Below are positions 54,181 to 64,000 of a DNA stretch of 64,000 nt, piece after piece. The DNA is from Pseudobdellovibrionaceae bacterium (GTDB taxonomy: Bacteria; Bdellovibrionota; Bdellovibrionia; Bdellovibrionales; Bdellovibrionaceae): contig JBIKLL010000002.1 of the NCBI GenBank assembly GCA_044359815.1, positions 79,494 through 143,493 of the forward strand, in the 5' to 3' direction. The translations under genes were made by a program, and so were the position numbers. Under the pieces are notes generated by a model. That model was given only the letters and a program-made list of their open reading frames with translations. It searched no databases and was not told the DNA's origin. Within the stretch, counting starts at the first letter, position 1, and each line of letters starts with the position of its first letter.

Positions 54181-57100
54181 GTTCATTGAGGACGGAGGGC
54201 CAAGTGATTTCGTTCATGCGGATATTTAAGCGGCTGTCTGGAGTGATAGAATATTTTTTGTTTTCCATTGAAGCCAGCTTGATAATGGTTTCTGTCTTAA
54301 GTGGAGTGTGCTCGGTAAACTTCAAAGAAATATTTTTTAAACCAGCACTGATGTCTTTGATAGACAAAGTCCTACATACTGCTCTGATCAACATCAGTCC
54401 AATCAGATTTAGCACAGGCTCTGGAGCTTCACCAAACTGATCGCGAAGTTCTTGTTCGATTTGATCAGCATCATTTGAGTTTTCGATGTCAGCTAATCTT
54501 TTGTAAAACGAAAGCCTGATTCGAATGTCGGAAATATAACTGTCAGGAATCAAAGCCCTAATTCGTAAATTAATTTCTGGATCCAAATCCCTGTCAGCAT
54601 TTGGAACCCCCTTTGCGTCTTGTAAAGATTCATTCAATAAATCCATATAAAGCTCATAACCAACGGCATTGATATGACCTGATTGTTCTTCGCCCAAAAT
54701 GTTGCCGGCACCACGTAGTTCCAAATCGTATTGAGCAATACGAATTCCACTGCCCAGATCTGTGTTTTCCTGGATAATTTTTAAACGTTCTTGTGAATCC
54801 TTATCCAGAGGTTTGTCCTTGGGAATTAACAAATAACAATAAGCTCGCTGTTTAGATCGGCCGACTCTGCCGCGCAACTGATACAACTGCGATAATCCAA
54901 AAGTATGCGCTTGATCTATAAACATTGTATTAGCTCGCGGGTTATCCACACCGGACTCCACAATGGCAGTACTTAACAACACATCGATCTCGTGATTGAA
55001 AAAAGCCATCATGGTTTTTTCAAGTTCGTGCTCATCCTGTTGTCCATGACCAATTTTAATTCTGGCTTCAGGTACAAGATCCTTCAGCTCATCAGCCAGC
55101 GAATAAATAGACTGGATACGATTGTGAATAAAATAAATCTGTCCACCGCGGGCAATTTCGCTCAGGATGGCTTTTCTGATAGTTTGTTTTTCAAATTTGC
55201 AAATCAAAGTCCGCGTGGGCAGACGGTCTACAGGAGCCGTGTTGATTAAACTCAAGTCCCTTATGCCGACCAAGCTCAAATTTAAAGTTCTGGGGATAGG
55301 AGTCGCTGACATGGCCAAGGTATCTACGGAAGATTTTAGTTTTCTGATTTTTTCTTTGTGTGCCACCCCGAAACGCTGTTCTTCGTCGACGATTAGCAGA
55401 CCTAAATTTTTAAACTCCACATCTTTACTGAGCAATCTGTGAGTTCCCACAACTATATCCACATCGCCAGACTTTATTTCAGCTACAGTTTTTTTAACTT
55501 CAGCTGAAGTTACAAATCGATTCAAGACTTTGATTTTCACCGGCCAGTTTTTAAATCGATTCTTAAATGTTTCAAAATGTTGAAACGTCAAAACAGTTGT
55601 CGGTGCTAATATGCCGACTTGTTTTTTGTTATAAACAGACCAAAATGTGGCCCTCATCGCTACTTCTGTTTTACCAAATCCCACGTCTCCACATATCAGT
55701 CTGTCCATAGGTTTTTTACCTAAAAAGTCCTTGCTAATATCGGCCACTGCACGCAATTGATCTTCGGTTTCGTCGTAAGCGAATTCGGATTCAAAACTAA
55801 AAAAATCTTGCTTTGGATCGATTAAACTATCACGAGAATGCTGTGATCGTTCAGCATACAGTTTTAACAAATCAGCTGCTATATCCCGCAAATGTGAGCG
55901 GACTTTGATTTTTGTTTTTTCCCAACTGGAATTTCCCAATTTATCCAAGGTTGTATTGTCAGAACCACTGGAATACCTTTGCAACTGCCCAACTTTGTAT
56001 ACAGGTAAATAGAGTTTATCTTTATCTCTGTAAGACAACTGTAAAAACTCGGTCTCAGCACCATTGATATCCATGACCTTTAGCCCATCATACTGTCCAA
56101 TGCCGTGATTTTTGTGAACGATCAGATCGCCAACCTTGAGTTCGCCAAAACTGAGTCTGCTGGCTTCCTTTTGAAACTGAGCTGAATCATTAGATCTTCT
56201 GAGATGAGTTTTGTTTCCGAACAAATCCTCGTCTCTTAAAAACACCAACTTTTCTTCTTTGATACGAACACTGTCAGGGAGTGGTCTTTGAAAAACAAAA
56301 ACCTTGGATTTTTTAATATCTGTGTCTGCAAAAACTTGATCCAAAGTGTCTGTGGCAACGACTGCAATATCGGTGGCTTGTAAAAACAGTTTCAATCTCT
56401 GAGCTTGGTTTTGAGTTCTGAGTGCAATAACTATTCTGTTGCCTTGCTCTTGCCACTCAGAGATTTTCTTGGATAGATGACTGCACCATTCTGAACTGCC
56501 AGGCCGCAGTTCAGCCGTTAAGGCAGATAGTTCACGGATGCTGGCCGAAGAATAACTAATTTCATTATCCACGTCAGTTCCAACAGAAATCCCTGAAAAA
56601 TTAAAACGCACGGAATCTGGTGGAAACTGTTGCTGAAATTCTAAATCCAAATAATCAGTTGGTTTAATAAATTTAGTTGTAGCCGAACTGGCCGCAGCGT
56701 CTGTTTTTATTTCTTGGATAAAATCTTCGTGAGATTTTTCGATTGAGATCAAGTCTAAATACCAAACACAAGCAGAGCTCGAAAAATAATCCCACATTTT
56801 ATCGCTTTTGCCATAAAGATCGTTCAGTAAATATTCGATACCTGGAAACCTGCGTTCGCGGCTGAGGGATCGAATCCATTCTTGGGTATCGGCATTCATA
56901 GAACCAGCAGAGCTGATTTTTTCACTTAAATTACTTAATGATTTCTCAATATTGATTTCAGAAAATAAAACCTCTTGAGCTGGAATGATAAAATAATTTT
57001 CTATAGCTTTAGTTGAAATATGGGTCTCAACCGAGAAACTTTTCAGGGTTTCGACTGTGCTGCCAAATAATTCAATCCTGACAGGAAAATCATGTGCCGG

Positions 57101-57652
57101 CGAAAACACATCAACAATACCGCCTCTGACTGCATACTGACCCATGTCTTCAACATAAGGAGAGTTCTGATAACCAAGAGATTCAAAAAACTCATGAATT
57201 TTGTCAGGAAAATCAAAATCCTTTTTAATTTTAAAAATGCCTTTGCCAAAAATTTTGTAGGGCATGCATTTTTGCATCGCCGCTTTTTGTGAAACGATGA
57301 AGACGTCAGTTGGTAAAGACTGATAACAACCAAAAAGAAATTTTAGCTTTTCTGCTGTAAAAGAAGGCTTCGGAAATAGACCTGAATATGGAGAGACTTC
57401 TATCTCGGGCATTACAAAAACTCGACACGACGGATTAAAAAACTGCAATCCCTGTTCAAGTGCGTAAGATGTTTGCAAACTGTCAGTTAAAACAACATGC
57501 GGCAAACCATTTGTATTATTAGATTTAAATTGATCTAAAATCATCGCCATCACTGTGGGCGAAGTGGTTCCAACAATATTTAAACAAAAAGCTTTGCGAG
57601 CAGTCTTGCTGCTGACAATTTGATCAAATCTGAGAGGCCATTCGTTGTTCAT
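54155..57652 (-). CDS. mfd: transcription-repair coupling factor Mfd
   Basis: AVRGGIVDVF, CGDVGFGKTEVA, DEEQRFG, SATPIPRTL, QLRGRVGR, DLELRGAG. Confidence 0.97.
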   Translation of the reverse strand: MNNEWPLRFDQIVSSKTARKAFCLNIVGTTSPTVMAMILDQFKSNNTNGLPHVVLTDSLQTSYALEQGLQFFNPSCRVFVMPEIEVSPYSGLFPKPSFTAEKLKFLFGCYQSLPTDVFIVSQKAAMQKCMPYKIFGKGIFKIKKDFDFPDKIHEFFESLGYQNSPYVEDMGQYAVRGGIVDVFSPAHDFPVRIELFGSTVETLKSFSVETHISTKAIENYFIIPAQEVLFSEINIEKSLSNLSEKISSAGSMNADTQEWIRSLSRERRFPGIEYLLNDLYGKSDKMWDYFSSSACVWYLDLISIEKSHEDFIQEIKTDAAASSATTKFIKPTDYLDLEFQQQFPPDSVRFNFSGISVGTDVDNEISYSSASIRELSALTAELRPGSSEWCSHLSKKISEWQEQGNRIVIALRTQNQAQRLKLFLQATDIAVVATDTLDQVFADTDIKKSKVFVFQRPLPDSVRIKEEKLVFLRDEDLFGNKTHLRRSNDSAQFQKEASRLSFGELKVGDLIVHKNHGIGQYDGLKVMDINGAETEFLQLSYRDKDKLYLPVYKVGQLQRYSSGSDNTTLDKLGNSSWEKTKIKVRSHLRDIAADLLKLYAERSQHSRDSLIDPKQDFFSFESEFAYDETEDQLRAVADISKDFLGKKPMDRLICGDVGFGKTEVAMRATFWSVYNKKQVGILAPTTVLTFQHFETFKNRFKNWPVKIKVLNRFVTSAEVKKTVAEIKSGDVDIVVGTHRLLSKDVEFKNLGLLIVDEEQRFGVAHKEKIRKLKSSVDTLAMSATPIPRTLNLSLVGIRDLSLINTAPVDRLPTRTLICKFEKQTIRKAILSEIARGGQIYFIHNRIQSIYSLADELKDLVPEARIKIGHGQQDEHELEKTMMAFFNHEIDVLLSTAIVESGVDNPRANTMFIDQAHTFGLSQLYQLRGRVGRSKQRAYCYLLIPKDKPLDKDSQERLKIIQENTDLGSGIRIAQYDLELRGAGNILGEEQSGHINAVGYELYMDLLNESLQDAKGVPNADRDLDPEINLRIRALIPDSYISDIRIRLSFYKRLADIENSNDADQIEQELRDQFGEAPEPVLNLIGLMLIRAVCRTLSIKDISAGLKNISLKFTEHTPLKTETIIKLASMENKKYSITPDSRLNIRMNEITWPSVLNELQILISKI

Positions 57653-57699
57653 AATAAACTTCTTTATTTAACAAAAACGAATCGGTTCATTCATATTTG

Positions 57700-57728
57700 T
57701 TGGAAATCACTGAGCTAAACAGTATGAT
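57700..57728 (+). promoter_or_regulatory. putative sigma70-type promoter of the nuo membrane-arm operon
   Basis: TTGGAA-17 nt-TATGAT upstream of the AGGAG RBS of nuoA. Confidence 0.5.
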
Positions 57729-57757
57729 CGAGGAAAAATCAACAAGAAGGAGCATCT

Positions 57758-58123
57758 GTGCCTTTAGGTGGCATTATTTTTATCACGCTTTTTGTCCTAG
57801 CGTTCGGGTGTATTTTAATTTTTATCGCCAGCAGATTAGGCCGTCGATCAAAAGATTCCGTCAAATCTCAGTCATATGAGTGCGGAATTATGGCTCAAGA
57901 AAAGAAAGACACAAAAATTTCTGTTAAATTTTATCTGACAGCAATTTTGTTTATTATTTTTGATATAGAAATTATCTTTATGTACCCTTGGGCTGTGAAT
58001 TTTAAAGAATTCATAAAATCCGGTATGGGCCTGTCCGTTTTTGCTTCAATGATGGTGTTTATAGGGGTCTTTATTTACGGGCTTTATTGGGAAGTAAAAT
58101 CCAAAGCTCTTGATTGGGATTGA
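57758..58123 (+). CDS. nuoA: NADH-quinone oxidoreductase subunit A
   Basis: YECG, FYLTAILFIIFDIEIIFMYPWA, ALDW; GTG start. Confidence 0.96.
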   Translation: MPLGGIIFITLFVLAFGCILIFIASRLGRRSKDSVKSQSYECGIMAQEKKDTKISVKFYLTAILFIIFDIEIIFMYPWAVNFKEFIKSGMGLSVFASMMVFIGVFIYGLYWEVKSKALDWD

Positions 58124-58127
58124 TCTG

Positions 58128-59279
58128 ATGGGAAATGATAATTTTCAAATTATAGTTAATGGCGTGAAGCTTGTTTTAATTTTCCTGTTGATGGTGCAAG
58201 CCGTGCCGATTTTAGTTTGGCTTGAGCGTAGAGGATCCGCATTTATTCAAAATCGATTTGGTCCTAACAGAGTTGGACCTTTAGGACTGGTTCAGCTATT
58301 GGCAGATGCAGTGAAGTTTTTGTTTAAGGAAGAATTTATCCCCGAAAAAGGGATTAAATTTTTATTTTATGCAGCTCCAATAATTGCTTTGATCCCAGCC
58401 ACTTTGGCTTTTTGTGCGATTCCCCTGGGCTCGCCAATCCAAATAGAGGCATTTCAAATGAATGGGGAAACCTACGGTCCCTATCAGTTTCTGCTGCAGG
58501 GTTTTGATATTAATGTAGGGATCGTTTACATTTTGGGAGTTTCCTCATTAGCAGCCTATGTCATATTGATGGCGGGTTGGGGATCCGGAAATAAGTATTC
58601 AATCTTTGGTGCGCTCAGAGCCAGCGCACAGATTATATCCTATGAATTAGCTTTAGGGCTGTCGATTGTAGGCGTTATCATGATGTACGGAACCTTTAAT
58701 CTGACAGAAATGATTCAGGCGCAAATGGGAACATTGTCGTTTTCGTTTCTGGGAAAAACTTTTCAAACAACAGCTTTGCCCAATTGGGGAATTTTTTATC
58801 AACCCTTAGGGGCTTTGATATTTTTTGCTGCAAATTTTGCTGAAAGTAACAGGTTGCCTTTTGATTTAGCTGAAGGTGAAGCCGAACTGGTTGCAGGATT
58901 TCATACAGAATACGGCGGCTTTAAAATGCTGTTTTTCTTTATTGGTGAATACGGGCACATGATGGTTGGATCAGCCCTTATGATCACGTTTTTCTTTGGG
59001 GGTTACACAATACCCTATGTCAGTCCCGAACAAGTTTATGAATTTATGTCGTCAGTTGCGAGCTCAGCTACGACAGCCAGTATCCTGACAAGTTTAACGC
59101 ATTTTTTAGTTTTTTTAATGAAGCTAGCAGTGTTTTTATGGATTTTTATCCAAGTCAGATGGACTTTGCCCAGATTCAGATATGATCAATTGATGGATTT
59201 AGGTTGGAAGACAATGCTTCCTTGGGCACTGGGTAATACTATTATCACAGCGTTTGTTTTGTTGTTTGCACATAGTTAG
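58128..59279 (+). CDS. nuoH: NADH-quinone oxidoreductase subunit H
   Basis: GPNRVGPLGLVQLLADAVK, AQIISYE, NRLPFDLAEGEAELVAG, PRFRYDQLM. Confidence 0.97.
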   Translation: MGNDNFQIIVNGVKLVLIFLLMVQAVPILVWLERRGSAFIQNRFGPNRVGPLGLVQLLADAVKFLFKEEFIPEKGIKFLFYAAPIIALIPATLAFCAIPLGSPIQIEAFQMNGETYGPYQFLLQGFDINVGIVYILGVSSLAAYVILMAGWGSGNKYSIFGALRASAQIISYELALGLSIVGVIMMYGTFNLTEMIQAQMGTLSFSFLGKTFQTTALPNWGIFYQPLGALIFFAANFAESNRLPFDLAEGEAELVAGFHTEYGGFKMLFFFIGEYGHMMVGSALMITFFFGGYTIPYVSPEQVYEFMSSVASSATTASILTSLTHFLVFLMKLAVFLWIFIQVRWTLPRFRYDQLMDLGWKTMLPWALGNTIITAFVLLFAHS

Positions 59280-59288
59280 GAGAAATTG

Positions 59289-59816
59289 GTGACAGCTGAT
59301 ACATTTATTTTTTGGTTTTTAGCACTGATCACAGTATTTAGTGGCTTGATCGTAGTTACAGTAGCAAATCCAATTTATTCTGCCCTTGCGCTGGTAATGA
59401 CGATGGTTGGTATCGCAGCACTGTTTGTAACCTTAGGAGCCTATTTTGTAGCGGGTGTGCAGCTGATTGTGTATGCCGGCGCCGTGATGGTGTTGTTTGT
59501 GATGGTACTGATGCTGTTCGATTTAAAACATGAGCTGCAAGCTTTTACCAAAGGCAAGCTGAGCGGGATCATTAAACTAATGACTGTTGGTATGTTTGCA
59601 GGACTGGTTGTAGGCGCTATTCGCATGACTGGTTTTTCTTCGGATGTCAGCACAACGGCTGGGGCAGAGCCAGTTGACAGCACTAGAGCATTATCACAAC
59701 TGCTGTTCACTCAATATTTATTTGGTTTTGAAGCATTGGGCGTGTTGTTGTTAGTAGTCGCTGTAGGTGCCGTAGCATTGGCTCGAAGCAAAGGGGGAAC
59801 TCATGCTAAGTCCTGA
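59289..59816 (+). CDS. nuoJ: NADH-quinone oxidoreductase subunit J
   Basis: NPIYSALAL, QLIVYAGAVMVLF, FEALGVLLL. Confidence 0.95.
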   Translation: MTADTFIFWFLALITVFSGLIVVTVANPIYSALALVMTMVGIAALFVTLGAYFVAGVQLIVYAGAVMVLFVMVLMLFDLKHELQAFTKGKLSGIIKLMTVGMFAGLVVGAIRMTGFSSDVSTTAGAEPVDSTRALSQLLFTQYLFGFEALGVLLLVVAVGAVALARSKGGTHAKS

Positions 59817-60129
59817 TGATTTTTTAGAAATCACTGTGAACCATTATCTGGTTTTATCTGCAATTTTGTTTGTGCTGGGATTATCGGGAACATTGCTTCG
59901 AAAAAATATTATAGTCATCTTAATGTCTATTGAGCTGATGCTAAATGCTGTGAACCTGAGCCTGATAGCTTTTAGTAAATTCAACAATAAAGTCGACGGC
60001 CAAGTGATAGTATTTTTTGTTATGACTATCGCTGCTGCTGAAGCTGCAGTTGGATTGGCCCTAGTTGTGTCTATTTTTAAAAGATTTAAAGAAGTGAATA
60101 TCAGATTTTTTGAACATCTTCGGGGATAG
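59803..60129 (+). CDS. nuoK: NADH-quinone oxidoreductase subunit K
   Basis: MSIELMLNAVN, IAAAEAAVGLA. Confidence 0.96.
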   Translation: MLSPDDFLEITVNHYLVLSAILFVLGLSGTLLRKNIIVILMSIELMLNAVNLSLIAFSKFNNKVDGQVIVFFVMTIAAAEAAVGLALVVSIFKRFKEVNIRFFEHLRG

Positions 60130-60136
60130 GTAGCTG

Positions 60137-62068
60137 ATGAACGAACTAGTATTAATGTCGATTATTGTCCTTGCTCCGTTTTGCGGATTTTTAATTAACG
60201 GTATTGGTTATAAAAAATTATCAGCAAATGTAGCTGGAGTGATAGCAACCATTGCCGCAGTTACGTCCTTTGTAGTGGCTTGTATGCTGGTAAGTATGGT
60301 TGCGTCTTTGCCAGAGGAAAGCAGATTTTTAGCAGTTAAATTTTTTGATTGGATCAATGTCAATGAACTGAAAATCCCTATGGCTTTTTATCTGGATCCA
60401 ATCAACTCGATCATGATTTTAGTTATTACTGGTGTGGGCTCTTTGATCCATTTGTTTTCAATCGGGTACATGCACCACGATGCCGGAGCCGCCAAGTACT
60501 TTGCATATTTAAATTTGTTTCTGTTGAACATGCTGATCCTGGTTTTGGGTGACAATTTGCTGGTCATGTTTGTGGGCTGGGAAGGCGTTGGACTGTGTTC
60601 TTATTTATTAATTGGATTTTGGTTCAAAGATAAAGACAAAGCTGCAGCTGGAATGAAAGCTTTTATTACCAATCGAATTGGTGATGCGGCCTTTATTTTG
60701 GGTCTTTTTATTTTGTTTTGGACGTTTGGAACAATTAATTTTCAGGATCTGAATCAATTAGCTGGTTCTGTTGTCAGCAATGATTGGCTAGCTCCAGTTA
60801 CCTTGGCAACTTTATTTTTGTTTATCGGGGCAACGGGAAAATCTGCTCAAATTCCATTGTATGTTTGGCTACCTGATGCGATGGCAGGTCCTACACCTGT
60901 GTCTGCTTTGATCCATGCTGCGACCATGGTAACAGCTGGTGTGTATATGATAGTCAGACTGAATCCAGTATTTTTGGCTGCGCCCAACACAATGTTGGTC
61001 ATCGCAGTTATTGGTGCAGCCACTGCAGTGATGGCTGCCAGTATTGGAATGACACAATTTGATATCAAGAAAGTCTTGGCATATTCGACGGTTTCACAAT
61101 TGGGTTATATGTTTTTGGCCTGTGGAGTGGGTGCATTTGGTGCAGCAATGTTTCACTTGATGACTCACGCTTTTTTTAAAGCGCTTATGTTTTTAGGATC
61201 AGGCAGTGTCATTCATGCTATGCACGAAGAACAAGACATCAGGAAAATGGGTGGACTGAAAAAATATTTACCCATTACCCATCTGACATTTTTTATTGGC
61301 TGGATTGCAATTATTGGATTGCCGCCGTTTTCAGGCTTTTTTTCAAAGGATGAAATTCTGTGGTTTGCCTTTAACAGTCCACGCGGACATTGGGGGCTTT
61401 GGCTAGCTGGAGCTGTGGGTGCTTCAATGACAGCTTTTTATATGACCCGATTAATGGCCTTAACATTCTGGGGTAAATCTAGAGTTCCTAAAGGCACTCA
61501 TCCGCATGAATCACCATTAACAATGACCATCCCTTTGATCGCGTTGGCTGTATTATCAGCAGTGGGCGGTTGGATTGGTGTTCCACACGTTCTGTCTGAT
61601 ATGATCGGGTACATACCTAATTTTCTGGAACATTGGTTCCATCATTCCATCAAGACAGTACCAGGTTGGACAGCCGGTGAGCATTCTGTAGAGCTGGGTT
61701 TAATGGGCGGATCAGTTTTGCTGGCGATAATTTTTGCTGGCTTAGCATATTATCTGTATGTGAACGTTCCTGAAAAACCAAAAGCAATTGCTGCTTCTTT
61801 GGGAAAATTCTACGAATTAGTTTTTAATAAATACCTGATTGATGAACTGTATTTCAAAACCATTATTAATCCATTGGTAAATGGCAGCCGAAATCTGTGG
61901 TTTTATGTTGATGTGAATGTGATTGATAAAACAACTTATGCTGTTGCTGATTTATCCAAGGGTCTTGGACAATTTGTCCGAGGTTTGCAAAACGGAAATG
62001 TTCAGCAATACGCAATGTATTTAGCTATTGGTTTGGTAGTGACTATATCGTTTATATTTGTGAGGTAA
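60137..62068 (+). CDS. nuoL: NADH-quinone oxidoreductase subunit L
   Basis: GWEGVGLCSYLLIGFW, WLPDAMAGPTPVSALIHAATMV, HAFFKA. Confidence 0.97.
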   Translation: MNELVLMSIIVLAPFCGFLINGIGYKKLSANVAGVIATIAAVTSFVVACMLVSMVASLPEESRFLAVKFFDWINVNELKIPMAFYLDPINSIMILVITGVGSLIHLFSIGYMHHDAGAAKYFAYLNLFLLNMLILVLGDNLLVMFVGWEGVGLCSYLLIGFWFKDKDKAAAGMKAFITNRIGDAAFILGLFILFWTFGTINFQDLNQLAGSVVSNDWLAPVTLATLFLFIGATGKSAQIPLYVWLPDAMAGPTPVSALIHAATMVTAGVYMIVRLNPVFLAAPNTMLVIAVIGAATAVMAASIGMTQFDIKKVLAYSTVSQLGYMFLACGVGAFGAAMFHLMTHAFFKALMFLGSGSVIHAMHEEQDIRKMGGLKKYLPITHLTFFIGWIAIIGLPPFSGFFSKDEILWFAFNSPRGHWGLWLAGAVGASMTAFYMTRLMALTFWGKSRVPKGTHPHESPLTMTIPLIALAVLSAVGGWIGVPHVLSDMIGYIPNFLEHWFHHSIKTVPGWTAGEHSVELGLMGGSVLLAIIFAGLAYYLYVNVPEKPKAIAASLGKFYELVFNKYLIDELYFKTIINPLVNGSRNLWFYVDVNVIDKTTYAVADLSKGLGQFVRGLQNGNVQQYAMYLAIGLVVTISFIFVR

Positions 62069-62069
62069 C

Positions 62070-63623
62070 ATGCTTTTGAGTATTTTGATTTTTGCGCCGT
62101 TATTGATAGCACTGATTCTTGCTGTGTTGCCTGATAATAAAGGTATCAAATATTTTGCCTTAGGCTCATCGATCATTCAGTTTTTTATAAGTTTGTTAGT
62201 TTACCAATCATTTGATCCAAACAGCGCAAGCTTGCAGCTGGTAGAAAGGCTTCCGTGGATCACTCAATATGGCATAACTTATTTTGTAGGGATCGATGGA
62301 ATCTCGATTTGGTTGGTGATGCTGACCACGATTTTAATGCCGATAATGATTTTGGGCTCATGGACCGCAATAACTGAAAGAGTAAAAGGATTTTTGATTT
62401 GTTTATTCGTACTGCAAACAGCAATGCTGGGAACCTTTTTGGCGATGGATGCTATTTTATTTTACCTGTTTTGGGAACTGTCATTGGTTCCAATGTATTT
62501 CATTGTCGGAATCTGGGGTGGTAACAGAAGAATCTATGCAACCATCAAGTTTTTTATCTACACGATGTTTGGGTCAGTGTTGATGCTGGTCGCAATGATT
62601 TATCTGATGTTTTTAACTCAAGAAGCTTTCGGACAAATGAGCGCCAGTATTTTGGATTTTTACAGATTAGATATTCCATTTGTGGGCGGTCAGTTTTTTG
62701 GATTGCAGACATTGATGTTTTTTGCCTTTGCCTTGGCGTTTGCAATTAAAGTTCCCGTATTTCCATTTCACACCTGGTTACCCGATGCTCACGTGGAAGC
62801 TCCGACACCGGGATCTGTTGTGCTGGCAGCTGTGATGCTTAAGATGGGAACCTATGGATTTTTAAGATGGGTAATCCCCATGTTTCCAGAAGCTTCAGAA
62901 TACTGGGCCTGGCTGTTTATGTTGGTGGGATCAATTGGTATAGTCTATGGAGCCTTGATGGCCATGGTTCAAACGGATATTAAAAAACTAGTGGCTTATT
63001 CATCAGTGTCACACATGGGCTACGTTTTGATTGGGATGTTTTGTTTTAACATCCAAGGAATGTCTGGAGCTCTTTATCAAATGCTTAATCACGGTGTCAG
63101 CACAGGCGCATTGTTTTTGTTGGTCGGCATGATTTACGAAAGAACTCATACGCGAGAAATTTCTAAATACGGCGGACTAGCATCCAGAATGCCTCTGTTT
63201 ACGATTAGCTTTTTTATTATTACCCTGTCCAGTATAGCGGTTCCATTGACCAATGGTTTTGTGGGCGAATTTTTAATTTTGTTGGGAACTTTTAAAGCCA
63301 GCTTTGGCTTTGCAGTCGTTGCAGTTTCCGGAGTCGTTTTAGGTGCCGTTTATATGCTGTGGATGTTTAAAAAAGTTTTCTTTGGCGAAGAAAGCGACAT
63401 GGTTAAAGACACTCATCATCCGTTAAAAGATTTAAATTACCGTGAACTGATTGTGATGTCGCCACTGATAATATTGGTATTTTGGATGGGATTGTTTCCA
63501 AATTTATTTTTAGACCCTACAAATAAAAGTCTGAATCATCTGTTGGAAAACAGATTTAATTATAATTTAACAGTTACTGAAACCACACAGAGCGAATTAA
63601 AAACCGCAGGGATTGAAAAATGA
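62070..63623 (+). CDS. nuoM: NADH-quinone oxidoreductase subunit M
   Basis: HTWLPDAHVEAPT, KKLVAYSSVSHMG, FVGEF. Confidence 0.97.
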   Translation: MLLSILIFAPLLIALILAVLPDNKGIKYFALGSSIIQFFISLLVYQSFDPNSASLQLVERLPWITQYGITYFVGIDGISIWLVMLTTILMPIMILGSWTAITERVKGFLICLFVLQTAMLGTFLAMDAILFYLFWELSLVPMYFIVGIWGGNRRIYATIKFFIYTMFGSVLMLVAMIYLMFLTQEAFGQMSASILDFYRLDIPFVGGQFFGLQTLMFFAFALAFAIKVPVFPFHTWLPDAHVEAPTPGSVVLAAVMLKMGTYGFLRWVIPMFPEASEYWAWLFMLVGSIGIVYGALMAMVQTDIKKLVAYSSVSHMGYVLIGMFCFNIQGMSGALYQMLNHGVSTGALFLLVGMIYERTHTREISKYGGLASRMPLFTISFFIITLSSIAVPLTNGFVGEFLILLGTFKASFGFAVVAVSGVVLGAVYMLWMFKKVFFGEESDMVKDTHHPLKDLNYRELIVMSPLIILVFWMGLFPNLFLDPTNKSLNHLLENRFNYNLTVTETTQSELKTAGIEK

Positions 63624-64000
63624 TAGGAATTGCCGATGTATTATTAGTTTCGCCGTTGATAATGCTTTTTATCACAAGCATTGTGCCCCTGACGATTAAA
63701 GTGCTTCGTGGAAACAAAGAACAACCTGCTGTTGCAACTCTGGTTCAAGTTCTTGGCGGCACAATTTCGGCTGCAGTTTTGTTATTGGTTTTGGCAGGAT
63801 ATGGTTCAGCAGCATTTTCAAACACGTTATTTTTTGACGGCATAGCAAAATGGCTAGGTGCTTTAGCTCTGATCATAACGGCTGGAGCTATTCTATTGAT
63901 GTATGACAACACTTCGACAAAAGGTGATCAGTTTTCTGAGCAAGTGTTTTTAACTTTAAACTCTGCCATTGGAATGTTGATTTTGTTGAGTGCTGTGGAT
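63620..64000 (+). CDS. nuoN: NADH-quinone oxidoreductase subunit N, 5' part (truncated by window end)
   Basis: Not in the ORF track. ATGA overlap with nuoM; open hydrophobic frame MIGIADVLLVSPLI...FSEQVFLTLNSAIGMLILLSAVD running to the window edge. Confidence 0.88.
   Translation, partial: MIGIADVLLVSPLIMLFITSIVPLTIKVLRGNKEQPAVATLVQVLGGTISAAVLLLVLAGYGSAAFSNTLFFDGIAKWLGALALIITAGAILLMYDNTSTKGDQFSEQVFLTLNSAIGMLILLSAVD

Noticed and set aside
62785..62800. parS-like ATGCTCACGTGGAAGC in nuoM
   Set aside because: Explained by the conserved DAHVEA peptide; both ends mismatch.

Overview
Origin-of-replication region of an AT-rich bacterium. Gene order and protein sequences resemble Bdellovibrionota; this is an inference from recalled synteny, not a database result. 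Left to right: 3' end of queE, fis, dnaB, rplI-DUF2232-rpsF (no rpsR), an FHA protein plus hydrolase, an S8 protease, an RND/TolC block with no adaptor gene, sdhCAB, etfBA, three parvulin PPIases-pdxA-phosphomannomutase, F0 atp genes, gyrA-gyrB-recF-dnaN, oriC, dnaA, rpmH-rnpA-yidD-yidC-jag-mnmE-mnmG-rsmG, parS-parA-parB-bactofilin, the b/F1 atp genes, mfd, and a membrane-arm-only nuo operon (A,H,J,K,L,M,N). No CRISPR array, tRNA, rRNA, transposase or phage gene was seen. The most unusual signal is non-coding. Two giant palindromic elements sit between convergent genes (15151-15360 and 53923-54180). Each has 38-40 bp perfect AT-rich arms of locus-specific sequence around a GC-rich structured core, the cores share GATGAAGCA, and each outer arm mirrors the last codons of the adjacent minus-strand gene. 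A third, decayed long palindrome lies at 2047-2134. Other notable items are a sigma54 promoter with a candidate enhancer palindrome, an S6:S18 leader, DnaA-trios, a parS overlapping a start codon, and a phased short-motif array near parS.
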